From Candidatus Heimdallarchaeota archaeon (GTDB taxonomy: Archaea > Asgardarchaeota > Wukongarchaeia > Wukongarchaeales > JBHIFL01), in contig JBHIFL010000025.1 in NCBI GenBank assembly GCA_046761065.1, positions 1-48,713 of the forward strand: a stretch of 48,713 bases of DNA, given 5' to 3'. The translations under genes and the position numbers were made by a program. The notes below the pieces were generated by a model. It saw nothing but the letters and a program-made list of their open reading frames with translations. It did not search any database and had not been told where the DNA came from. Shown here piece after piece: positions 39,467 through 48,713 of the stretch (position 1 is the first letter of the stretch; each line of letters opens with the position of its first letter).

Positions 39467-40148
39467 TCTTCTCTTTTGGGTTCTTAATGGATCTTTTTTG
39501 CTTAGTTTAAGGAATGACTAAACTTATTCAAGCTATCAATTTGAGATAATTAAGATTTGTGATGAACAAAGTTTTGGTTTAGAGACGCATTTCTGCACTT
39601 TTTTTTAATTACTGGGAATATTACTTCTAGTGCTAAGCAAATTAGTGGCTTCTATCCACTTGAATGTTGATCAAACAAAATTAAAAGCTGGGATTGCACG
39701 TCACTGAAACTAGATCAATAAAGGTCTCATAGAACCCTCTCCAATTTCGGAAGAAGAAATGAAAGAACGACCTTTAAAACAACTTGGTGGGGTATCACTT
39801 ATACGAATCGGTCCCCGAAGCGGGTAAATCCTTTTAAGGCGAAAAAGAAATGGGAAACGTGATCTTCGATGCGTATCACGACCCCTATAAGGATCTAACT
39901 CTCTTTGCACCAAGTTTCACATCGCATTCAGAAAAACGCCTATCCCTGTCCATGGCGTGGTGGGATGGGGTGGTTCAAGTCGTGGGGTCCCATGTGATCG
40001 AGCTTCGGACCATACGAGTACAATTTGCTCACGTTTAATGATGCTGGGGTGTCCTGTAAAGGTTTTGGACTATAAGGAACGTATAATTATCAAATAAGAG
40101 GAGTTATTGATGGAGACATGATCTTACTAAGTCCTGACAAGGGAGAAG

Positions 40149-41513
40149 TTATTCGAATGAATATCCGCCACTGTCCTCCGCTGCCAAGGGACGCCCCTTA
40201 CTATTGTTGATTCCTTTTTTATTGAAATCATTAAAAGAAACTATTGCAAGCAAAATCACACAATTGAGAGCTAAAATGCTGAATAAAAGAAAGGGTATGT
40301 GATCTGATTGGTAGAGCCAGCCAGCTATAGGTGCCCCAATAAGCCGGAAAAAATAGACCAGAAGCCAAGATATGCCGATTGCTTTTGTCGCATTTTCTCG
40401 TGAGACGAAACTCATAGCTAATGGGGCAAGGATGAGCATCCACAGAAAGTCTGAGACATACTTAATGGAATAAGCTAGGAATGCCAGTTTAGTGAATGCG
40501 ATGGGGAAATACTCTGGAATAAAAGGGATAATCGGATGCGATCGGGATACAAGCAGGAGTCCTACAGTGCTCGTAGGGACCAAATACAAGAGAAAAAAGG
40601 GTCTTCTTCCCCTACTTCGGTTGATTCGGAAAGATAACCATAGTATTAAGGGAACAGTTAAGAAATCAAGTGTTAATCGGCCAGTCAGAAGATCTCCCTC
40701 GGAGAGCCCAGCCTTTTCATTCAAGAAGAAGAAGATTAAAAATCGGTAAAGTTGGTCACTCATTGCATCAAAACTAGTGATCAAACAAAATGCGGGCGCT
40801 ACTTTCCAAACAAATCGTAAGGTTTTAACGTTGTCTTTGACCATTCCTGTTAAGCTGGGGTTGTACTTTGGGGTATCTAAATGCTTTGGCGGATCTGTCA
40901 AGAATTTCCATCGTATAAGTCCCATGAGGACTATAATAAAGCCTGCAAAGAAGAAAGCGATTCGCATTCCTAGAACGAAGCCACGGACTCTAATCAATCT
41001 TAATAGCAACAGAAACATTAAGAGAAGTGGCAGCCGATAGATAGAGAAAAACCCCATTGCAAAGTGACGATATTTTTCCCCACTTTGTTCCAACAAATAA
41101 GTCCTAGCGGCTGGGAAAAACGCCCAAGAGAAACCAGCGATAACAAACACAACCAAAGCTGACCAAAAGCCTGTAGCCAGGAAATAGAATATGCACATGA
41201 TTCCCCAACAACAATTGTGTGCCGCAGCGAATTTCGATCGTCGATATGGTAGTAAATCGGAGAAATAGGCGCCTATCAGAACGGCAATGATGATGACGAA
41301 TGAGTAAACAAGGTCGAGTAGGCCGATTCTAATGTAGGACACACCAATGTCACGAAGGAATAGATAGCTGAAAGGCTCAATCGCATTATAGATAGCATTG
41401 CGAATGATTGAAGTGGTTAAGAGGATGATATAAAAGGGATTGGAAAAAAGTTTGCGGGTAACAGCAGTAAAAGACTCCTTTAGTTCTTCTTGGGACATCA
41501 AAATACCCCACAA
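40149..41513 (-). CDS. MFS transporter
   Basis: About 12 TM helices and a GAYFSD...RR loop motif. Confidence 0.8.
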   Translation of the reverse strand: MWGILMSQEELKESFTAVTRKLFSNPFYIILLTTSIIRNAIYNAIEPFSYLFLRDIGVSYIRIGLLDLVYSFVIIIAVLIGAYFSDLLPYRRSKFAAAHNCCWGIMCIFYFLATGFWSALVVFVIAGFSWAFFPAARTYLLEQSGEKYRHFAMGFFSIYRLPLLLMFLLLLRLIRVRGFVLGMRIAFFFAGFIIVLMGLIRWKFLTDPPKHLDTPKYNPSLTGMVKDNVKTLRFVWKVAPAFCLITSFDAMSDQLYRFLIFFFLNEKAGLSEGDLLTGRLTLDFLTVPLILWLSFRINRSRGRRPFFLLYLVPTSTVGLLLVSRSHPIIPFIPEYFPIAFTKLAFLAYSIKYVSDFLWMLILAPLAMSFVSRENATKAIGISWLLVYFFRLIGAPIAGWLYQSDHIPFLLFSILALNCVILLAIVSFNDFNKKGINNSKGRPLAAEDSGGYSFE

Positions 41514-42400
41514 GTACTATCATACTCGTAATTTAAGAGGAACCACATAATATATAATATGCCCACCACTAGATTTAAACGCTCGCTACTCCCATTTTCA
41601 TCCTCAGCCAAGAGAATCAAGGAAACGAAACAATTACAAATTCTCAATGTTACCTATTATGAAGTCAAACGGGTTTAAAACAAATGCTTGAAATGGGGAA
41701 GGTGATTTTTTATCAATATAATACAATTCAACTTTATCGCATGACGGATTTTTTTCTTACTTAGTGATGATCGTAACAACTATGATCAAGTTCTCTATAT
41801 TTTATTCGTATTACCTGCTCTTTCATTAGGTAAGATATGTCCAAATACATTGGAGTTGTTTAATCATTTGATTACCCTCTGGAAGTTGGGTTGAAGATAG
41901 ATCACCACATACTAAGTAGGATTTTGGTAAGAATTAGGGAGGTTCTAATTAGTGCCTTTCTTAGAAGTGACAGGCAGCCAAATATTGATATACATCTCCT
42001 GCGAATCTTTCCGAATTTCCAAAAAACCCTGAATAGAACTGGGAAATCCCCAAAGAAGGGGGAATACCTATGATAGGATTACGGAACGAATCAGATTGCT
42101 AAGTAAAGCAAAAACCGAAGGATATGCACTTTCAAATAATCTCCTTTTTTTTATTCTCTGCCACTGAGTAGTTAAAGCAAATAAGAAAGTAAGTGGATTT
42201 ATGTAAACTGCAGATAGAGGTTTCCGATCTGATATGAAGCGAGCGAGACTTGAAAGAGATGGGGTACGGCTCTTAAGAGGGGGGAGTGGCAAACAACTAA
42301 ATTGAATAAAATTGCTTTACCGAATCAAAGACTGGAGTAACTGCATAATATAATCACAACCAAACAAAAAAGCCATTTTTGACCATAAAACTCAGACCCT

Positions 42401-42700
42401 TTACCCTGTAGCAAACAATCCACAATGACAAACACCCTTTTGTTCGATTTCATTTGCTGAATAAATACACGGACAAATTATGGATCTATCCTTCTCTGGG
42501 TTTCTTGTTACCCTTCTACAAGGACAATATCTTCTTCTGTATATCCGTTGATTCTCAATAAGACCTTCTATTGTCATTTTCACAGCGACATCATTGGGAT
42601 TCAACTGCCACCCTTTTTTCGCAGCAACCCCCTTTGCCCATTCGAGCATCTGTTCAAAGGTCCAAGGTATTTTTGACAAGTTCAAAATAGGTTCCAGCAA
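42401..42700 (-). CDS. Ferredoxin-thioredoxin reductase catalytic subunit family protein
   Basis: CPC...CPC...CHC motif triad. Confidence 0.9.
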   Translation of the reverse strand: MLEPILNLSKIPWTFEQMLEWAKGVAAKKGWQLNPNDVAVKMTIEGLIENQRIYRRRYCPCRRVTRNPEKDRSIICPCIYSANEIEQKGVCHCGLFATG

Positions 42701-42838
42701 TAATCTTAATCCATTTGGAGTATAAATGTCAACCCTCTATATTGAACTTTTCCTATCCCATTTGGTAGTAAATTATAAAGGTTCGAAAAGAATATAATGG
42801 CCAATAATGAATCAAACTGTTATTTCGGAGAATTCCCC

Positions 42839-43387
42839 CTAACCTTTCTCGCATTGTTTGTCTGATTGAGCGACGGCGCAAAGGCGTTCAACCCCTCCAA
42901 TCTCTTCAATGCAGGTGACAACAGCTCTTGGAACTAGAGACCGCCAGTCTTCTCTCAATCGCATTCGTTTTCGTATTTCGGTCGCAGAAAATTTTTCCCG
43001 ATTAAACAGTGGAGGAGCTTCTACTTTAACTCCCGCTTCAGAGAAAAGTCGACACACTAGTGGGTTGTTAGAAAACACAATATGGAAAGGAGGGCATAAG
43101 GACACAACAAATGCCACCCAGATAGCGTTATTGTGAACATCTGGAGCATGAACAATGTAATAGCGTTCAGCTTTAATTTTTGCCTCCTCTAACGCCTTCT
43201 TCAGCATGAAGTGGCGTTCCCCGGCCGTAAATGGGTTTTCGACAAAGTGGCTTAGTTGAGGGCTCCCGATAACAATAATTAGTTCATCCACCCGCTCTAA
43301 AGCGTATTTCACTACAGAAAGATGACCATAGTGAGGGGGTTGAAATCTTCCTACAAGTACACCCCGCACCTCATTATTAAAGCCCAT
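42839..43387 (-). CDS. nadM: Nicotinamide-nucleotide adenylyltransferase
   Basis: GRFQPPHYGH, NPFTAGER and SATEIR motifs. Confidence 0.93.
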   Translation of the reverse strand: MGFNNEVRGVLVGRFQPPHYGHLSVVKYALERVDELIIVIGSPQLSHFVENPFTAGERHFMLKKALEEAKIKAERYYIVHAPDVHNNAIWVAFVVSLCPPFHIVFSNNPLVCRLFSEAGVKVEAPPLFNREKFSATEIRKRMRLREDWRSLVPRAVVTCIEEIGGVERLCAVAQSDKQCEKG

Positions 43388-43729
43388 AAGCGTACCTCAA
43401 ACAACTATTGTTTTTTGAGCGGAAAATTACTTCCGATAAAAATGCGCTTCTTTAAGTTCTATAGTTAGTTAAATCTTGTTTGGTTCTTACGGAGACTTGA
43501 TTAAAATTCGTATTTTCTGGTTCATCTGGTAAAACTCATTATTTGTTTAGATCTTTATAAAGGACGTTCTTCACCTTCCTGAAGTATTAGGACGGCCACT
43601 CAACTCTCTATCAAAATCAGTATTTCGCCCTCTTCTTCTTTCTCCTGGATCTCCAAGATCATTACCTCAAATACAGTTTAGGGTACACCATCAAAATACA
43701 TACAGTCTGACAACGCTATCTAGGACTGC

Positions 43730-45883
43730 TTAGGATTTAAAACGCTCAAGAATTTTTCCATAAACTTTTTTCTTCTCTGTGGAATCAAGGCGATAAAGAC
43801 GTTCCACAATGAGCTCTGGGGTTGATTTGGCGATGACCCCAAAGCGAGGGCTTCGATCAACGATTAGGTTTAAGTTTTCATCTAAGCCGCGTGCTTCAAT
43901 TCCATCAATCCGAATTGGAGATTGAGTGAACTTGCTTATTTCTCCAGCAAGATGGGTCACGAACGCCCCACAAGTGTTGTTAGCGTTGTTAAACATATCT
44001 AGGATAGCTGCAATCACTCGTGCAGATGCACCTGGTTCGCTAATGGCCTCCAGTTCGTCTACTAAGATCAATTTCTCCTGGTCACTTGTAACAATTTGAC
44101 TTAATAGACGTAGTGTGGACTCAAAAGCCCCCGCATCCATTGTTCCAGTAGGTTTCGAAAAATAGAGAATTGTATCAAAGAGCGCGAGTTCCGCTTCCTT
44201 AGCTGGAATCGGGAACCCACTCTGGGCTAGGATTGCTAGTTGTGCGATGAGTTGAATTGTCATTGTTTTGCCGCCGGAGTTAGCTCCACTTAGAATTGCC
44301 ACACGTTCCCCATTTGTTCCAACTGGACGAAACGAGGAATTCCCTAGGGTATAAGAGATAGACTCGACGACTAGGTTGCCCTCAAGTTCTTCTTGGAGTA
44401 AAAATAGGTTCCTGCCCCCAGAAAAACCCAAACAGAGGCGTTTGTCGCTGATCTTTGGAGGATTCAGATCGAATTGTTTGGAAAATCGTCCAACTGCGAA
44501 GAATAAATCGAGGTCTAAAAAGGCCCGAACACTTTTACTTATATCCTGAATAAAACCCGTCAGCTCTCCTGCAAGAGCGGTGGCAAGTTTGAACTCCTTG
44601 GTAGCATATTTCTGGGAGAGTTTACTTTCTATCTGGCGGCGTTTTCCTCTTTCTGCCTCGATAGGGTATTGTACAGTACGGGGAAAAAGACCGTCTATGA
44701 GATCCAGCTCATCTCCTTGAAGCTCGAGTTGTTGGGCTATCCGATCTTCGGCTTCGTGAGAGATAACTTCAATTTGTTCTAAGATGCTTTCATCTAAATA
44801 TTGTTGAAACATCCCTTCCCCCCCCATTTTAAGTACATCTAAGATTTGTTGCCCTGAAAGTTCGAGGGAGCTGGAACTTATACGTGTAGTAAGTTCAGAA
44901 TTTGCCCATGTCTCGGCGTCACTAATCATCGCGTCAAGGGCTTGTTTTGCGCGGCGTAGCCGGTCTAGCTCCGTATCGTATCCTTCCACAATCCCTCCTT
45001 CTGGTGAGATCGCTTTTACCATATTTAAAACGGTATTCAAGCGCTCAGGATCGACTAAATAGAGGATTTCTTGGATCGCAGGGCATTGAGGGATCCTATT
45101 AATTATACGCCCCAGCTCGCATGTTGCTTTGATAACTTCAAGGTTTACAGAGTAGAAATAAAGTATCGACTCAGGGAGGATCTTTGTCGGCTCAGTTCCA
45201 GGAGGAAACACTTCTACATTGTCTGGAAGATCCATCTGGGCAGTTGTTGAAATCCAAATCACTAAATCATAACCATCAGCATAATCTTTAACTTCTTCGG
45301 GACTTTCAATAAGTCGTGTCTCAATGATACGAAATTTCAGTTCACTTTTCACTTGGTTATAGATTTGCTGATCATTCGTTAGGATAATTCGTCCTATAAG
45401 GCGTTGGGCAGGGAGTTCGAATCGTATCGGACGGAGTTTTGCCAGCCAAGTTAATATCTCTTCGAGGCCATCCCCCAAATCTTCAATCACCGCCTTAGCT
45501 TGAGAGAAAAAGGCCAACCGTCTTTCAATTTCTTCCCGAAAGATGTTATTGAGGGGGTAATACAGGAGCAACTTGTTTCGGGTGAATGATGTCATTGCAT
45601 GTTGTCCAAGCATGTCGATGAGCTGGTGGTAGATCATGAGACTGTCCTTGGTCTGGAGTACATCCTGGATCCGTGCTCCTATTTTTTTCGCACTCATACT
45701 TTGAATGAGTCCTAGGGCAAACCGCTCCCCGATACCCTCTATCTGACAAAGCCCTGCCAGATCTGCATCTTCGATAGCTTGGAGGGCAGCTTCTTCAGAT
45801 CCATAATGAGTAACAATCCGTTCTGCAGTTTTCTTTCCTACTCCTTGAAGGTCCGTGAGTTTAATGGGCTCATGATCTTGCAT
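43730..45883 (-). CDS. Archaeal MutS-family ATPase with N-terminal HhH motifs (MutS2/MutS5-like)
   Basis: LQGVGKKTA and IEGIGERFA HhH motifs; SGANSGGKT, DAGAFE, LVDELE and VTHL. Start inferred at MQDHE; the ORF is open to 46093. Confidence 0.88.
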   Translation of the reverse strand: MQDHEPIKLTDLQGVGKKTAERIVTHYGSEEAALQAIEDADLAGLCQIEGIGERFALGLIQSMSAKKIGARIQDVLQTKDSLMIYHQLIDMLGQHAMTSFTRNKLLLYYPLNNIFREEIERRLAFFSQAKAVIEDLGDGLEEILTWLAKLRPIRFELPAQRLIGRIILTNDQQIYNQVKSELKFRIIETRLIESPEEVKDYADGYDLVIWISTTAQMDLPDNVEVFPPGTEPTKILPESILYFYSVNLEVIKATCELGRIINRIPQCPAIQEILYLVDPERLNTVLNMVKAISPEGGIVEGYDTELDRLRRAKQALDAMISDAETWANSELTTRISSSSLELSGQQILDVLKMGGEGMFQQYLDESILEQIEVISHEAEDRIAQQLELQGDELDLIDGLFPRTVQYPIEAERGKRRQIESKLSQKYATKEFKLATALAGELTGFIQDISKSVRAFLDLDLFFAVGRFSKQFDLNPPKISDKRLCLGFSGGRNLFLLQEELEGNLVVESISYTLGNSSFRPVGTNGERVAILSGANSGGKTMTIQLIAQLAILAQSGFPIPAKEAELALFDTILYFSKPTGTMDAGAFESTLRLLSQIVTSDQEKLILVDELEAISEPGASARVIAAILDMFNNANNTCGAFVTHLAGEISKFTQSPIRIDGIEARGLDENLNLIVDRSPRFGVIAKSTPELIVERLYRLDSTEKKKVYGKILERFKS

Positions 45884-46223
45884 CTTGTGATATATAGTCA
45901 CTTGCTGCGCCTTCCAATTAATCAACCCTGCCAAATTCGACCTATAGTTATCAAATTCCTTGGTCATTATCGAATTAAGGCTTTTAGGTAAATCCACTCC
46001 TAGACCGTTTTTGATTAACCCTGCACTGTTCATGATCAATTGATTTAAAAGGTTTAATGAGGGGGATTTTGATGGGACACTTGCGAAAAGCATCCGTTTT
46101 GCGGTGTTTTAAGAATTTGGTTACGGTTCATCCCTTATAACTAGGAGGGCTGCTAAGACGCACCCAAATCGGATAAGCATCAAAATCCAAATAAGATAGT
46201 GATAAATGACTTAGGTTAGCAAA

Positions 46224-47033
46224 ATGGAGCTCGAAATCCTAGAGAAAACACCGAACCTCCTTAAATTCAGGCTCGAAGGGCTCTCTGCAGCATTTGTAAA
46301 TGCGCTTCGACGGGTAATTTTGGAAGAGGTTCCCGTATTGGCGATCGACGAATGTATTATTATTGAAAACTCCTCGGTCGTATTCGATGAAGTCCTTGCT
46401 CATAAACTTGGACTCATTCCTCTACACACTGATCTCGACCTTCTTGTCCCATTTGATGAATGTACATGTGGGGGGACTGGGTGTCCTTCGTGCTCGACCA
46501 TGCTCACTCTCGAAAAAGAGGGAAGTTCTAACGGGGAGGTCGTGATGGTTCATTCAGGGGATTTAATTCCCCAAAACCCAGTTTTAGCTCCAATTTCAGA
46601 GAAGATCCCATTGGCGCCCCTCCGTAAAGGCCAAAAGATCGTTCTCGAAGCGATCGCGAAATTAGGGCGCGGGAAATATCACGCAAAATGGCAACCCGTG
46701 GCGACTGTTGCCTACAAAAACATCCCCATCATTGAGATTGACAAAGAAAAATGTGATGGCTGCGGCCAGTGTGTCCCAAACTGCTTGAAGCAGATCTTGG
46801 AGATGAAAGGCGACGATGTCAGCATCCAAGATATATATCGTTGCAATATGTGTCAGCTCTGTCAAGAAGCTTGTGATTTGGATGCCATTAAGGTAACCCC
46901 CCAAAAAGATGCGTTTATCTTTTGGCTTGAGCCTACGGGTGCCCTAACGACAGATAAAATCCTAGAAAAGGCTCTTGAACGCCTTCGTGAAAAACTTACA
47001 GAACTAGATGAAAAAGTAAAAGGTGTAGAATAG
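46224..47033 (+). CDS. rpoD: DNA-directed RNA polymerase subunit D (Rpo3) with ferredoxin domain
   Basis: NALRR, DEVLAHKLGLIP and HAKWQP motifs; two CxxCxxCxxxC motifs. Confidence 0.96.
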   Translation: MELEILEKTPNLLKFRLEGLSAAFVNALRRVILEEVPVLAIDECIIIENSSVVFDEVLAHKLGLIPLHTDLDLLVPFDECTCGGTGCPSCSTMLTLEKEGSSNGEVVMVHSGDLIPQNPVLAPISEKIPLAPLRKGQKIVLEAIAKLGRGKYHAKWQPVATVAYKNIPIIEIDKEKCDGCGQCVPNCLKQILEMKGDDVSIQDIYRCNMCQLCQEACDLDAIKVTPQKDAFIFWLEPTGALTTDKILEKALERLREKLTELDEKVKGVE

Positions 47034-47059
47034 TAAGAATCCCTTGGGGGAACTCCAAT

Positions 47060-47413
47060 ATGCCTAAACTGATTCGTTTAACCGATCCAAATCATATTGC
47101 TCTAGTGAAGATTCTGAAAAAAAGCAAAGCCCCAATTTATCGTGACATTGCCAAGCGAATCCAAACTCCTCGGCGTAAAAGGTCAGCAATTAATGTGAGT
47201 AAACTCGCCCGCTACACAAAACCAGATGACACAGTGATCGTCCCAGGGAAAGTACTAGCTCCAGGACAATTAGATCATCAACTCACCGTTGCAGCGCTGA
47301 GTTTTTCAACCCAAGCTCGAAAACGGATAGAAGCAGCTGGGGGGTTATGCTTGACGATTGCAGAACTCGTAGAGAAGAATTCGAGTGGGAACGGGGTAAA
47401 GATTCTTGTATGA
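47060..47413 (+). CDS. rpl18e: 50S ribosomal protein L18e
   Basis: INVSKL, VPGKVL and VAALSFS motifs; conserved synteny. Confidence 0.95.
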   Translation: MPKLIRLTDPNHIALVKILKKSKAPIYRDIAKRIQTPRRKRSAINVSKLARYTKPDDTVIVPGKVLAPGQLDHQLTVAALSFSTQARKRIEAAGGLCLTIAELVEKNSSGNGVKILV

Positions 47414-47879
47414 GGGGAAAGAAGTGCCCAAACCGACGGTTATTGATGCTGAAAACCTAATTCTGGGACGTATGGCCAGTTATGTGGCTAAAAGACTTCT
47501 CGAAGGCGAAGAGATTGCCATAGTCAATGCAGAAAAGGCTGTTTTAACTGGAAACCGAAGATATTTAATAAACCGCTACAAACAACGCACCCATATTAAA
47601 ACAAAATCAAACCCTCGCCGTGGCCCTTTCTGGCCTCGAACCCCTCATGGAATTGTTAAAAAAACGATACGGGGTATGCTACCTTGGAAAAAACCTCGAG
47701 GCAAACAAGCGCACAAGCGGGTCAAAGTATATACCGGAATCCCTGATGAATATCGAGAGGCCAAGCGTTTTTCAATCCCTGACGCGGACGCAACCAAAAC
47801 CCTTGCCCCAACGACCACCATTCTGAGAATTGCGGCAGAAATTGGATATAATCCCCCAGAACGACCTGATAATACCTAA
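47406..47879 (+). CDS. rpl13: 50S ribosomal protein uL13
   Basis: ILGRMAS.VAK, NAEKA and RGMLP motifs; the start may be GTG 47424. Confidence 0.96.
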   Translation: MYEGKEVPKPTVIDAENLILGRMASYVAKRLLEGEEIAIVNAEKAVLTGNRRYLINRYKQRTHIKTKSNPRRGPFWPRTPHGIVKKTIRGMLPWKKPRGKQAHKRVKVYTGIPDEYREAKRFSIPDADATKTLAPTTTILRIAAEIGYNPPERPDNT

Positions 47880-47891
47880 AAGGGTGAGATC

Positions 47892-48296
47892 ATGAGAAAA
47901 AAAGTTATCTTAACCTCAGGAAAACGCAAAACAGCGATCGCCCGAGCCGTTTGCATTCCCGGCAAGGGTCGTATTCGGATAAATAACGTTCCACTTGAGC
48001 TTCAGCAACCCGAACTCGCTCGGATTAAAATGTTAGAACCCGTCCTCATTGCCGGGGATCTCGCGAAAAAAGTTGACATCAATGTCCGTGTCAAAGGAGG
48101 AGGCTTCATGGGTCAAGCGGATGCGGTCAGAACGGCACTCGCGAAAGCTTTCGTAGAATACTCAGAAGATCCGACTCTTCGCGCCAAATATATAGCTATC
48201 GACCGTACAATGATTACTGCTGATTCCAGAAGAAGCGAGACGAAAAAATATGGAGGACATGGTGCAAGGGCTCGTAAACAGAAATCTTATCGATAA
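47892..48296 (+). CDS. rps9: 30S ribosomal protein uS9
   Basis: [18 protein letters not shown] and QKSYR motifs. Confidence 0.97.
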   Translation: MRKKVILTSGKRKTAIARAVCIPGKGRIRINNVPLELQQPELARIKMLEPVLIAGDLAKKVDINVRVKGGGFMGQADAVRTALAKAFVEYSEDPTLRAKYIAIDRTMITADSRRSETKKYGGHGARARKQKSYR

Positions 48297-48489
48297 ACTC
48301 CTTAACATTTGACTCACCCTCGAAGTTGATTGGATAGTGTTCTTTTTTAATTAGGGAAGATCTCAATGTCCTTTCTTAGAGTTCATTGAAACCTACAAAG
48401 AGAAACCCTCCCTTCTAAGTAATAGCTTGTTGCCCAAGCTATCTTCTAGTTACACGATTCCAGTTCGATTCCATCACCTCTTACACCAC

Positions 48490-48713
48490 ATAAGGGAACG
48501 ATCTCGCCAATCCTGGTCTTCCTCGTTTCGCGAGATACAGGGCACTCTCCAGGAGCCCAATGATGCACAGCCCCACGTGTTTTCTCACCCGTGCTAAGCC
48601 CCTCACTCTTAGCCGTTCCAGCCCAAAGATCGCCTTCAACCGGCTGATCGCCCTCTCGGCACTCGCTCGGAATCGGGCTAGGAATTTCCACTCCTCACTC
48701 CCTCTCGCGATCG
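48490..48713 (-). ncRNA. Candidate structured non-coding element, cut by the window edge
   Basis: GC-rich, with minus-strand stems ttcc.agccc/gggctggaa, gctaag/cttagc, cacg/cgtg, cctgg/ccagg and ctcg/cgag; no credible ORF. Confidence 0.45.

Noticed and set aside
38250-40100. AT-rich intergenic tracts and short ORFs around the VOC gene
   Set aside because: No repeats, motifs or credible coding signal seen; the same applies to 41520-42400.
48446-48691. 81 aa ORF, or RNase P/SRP RNA
   Set aside because: No protein motif, and the GAGGAAAGUCC/P4 partner and SRP GNAR helix signatures were not found in the visible part.

Overview
Archaeal chromosomal window, most likely from an Asgard archaeon. 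This is inferred from the rpoD-rpl18e-rpl13-rps9 cluster, a BHB-intron tRNA, the eukaryote-like NYN/LOTUS and Exo5 relics and the RAMP module. The right end is housekeeping (trmY, FTR, nadM, MutS-like ATPase, RNA polymerase and ribosomal genes). The left two thirds is an accessory patchwork with several decaying genes: a PriS-like primase region, a split NYN RNase, an Exo5 fragment, a tnpB relic and a frameshifted galK. The main discovery candidate is at about 23.2-26.3 kb. It is a GC-rich, translationally coupled operon (DUF6011 Zn finger, SWIM finger, Cas7-like RAMP with a SAP-like insertion, Cas5-like RAMP fused to a circularly permuted HD nuclease) with a divergent HTH regulator and no CRISPR array, cas1 or cas6. 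Instead, a roughly 170-180 nt highly structured putative RNA overlaps the 3' end of the last gene and ends in a crRNA-handle-like CATGCAAC. A second, orphan copy of this RNA lies 4866 bp downstream, attached to the tail of a different, diverged paralog of the gene. The RNA part is about 98% identical while the first 80 bp of the shared coding part are only about 56% identical. This suggests an array-less, single-scaffold RNA-guided RAMP system. Also present are a tRNA-Arg(UCG) with three apparent introns, a 215 bp partial duplicate of it bracketing an SDR/MarR cassette, and another structured GC-rich element at the right window edge. All calls are by eye; no searches or folding programs were run.
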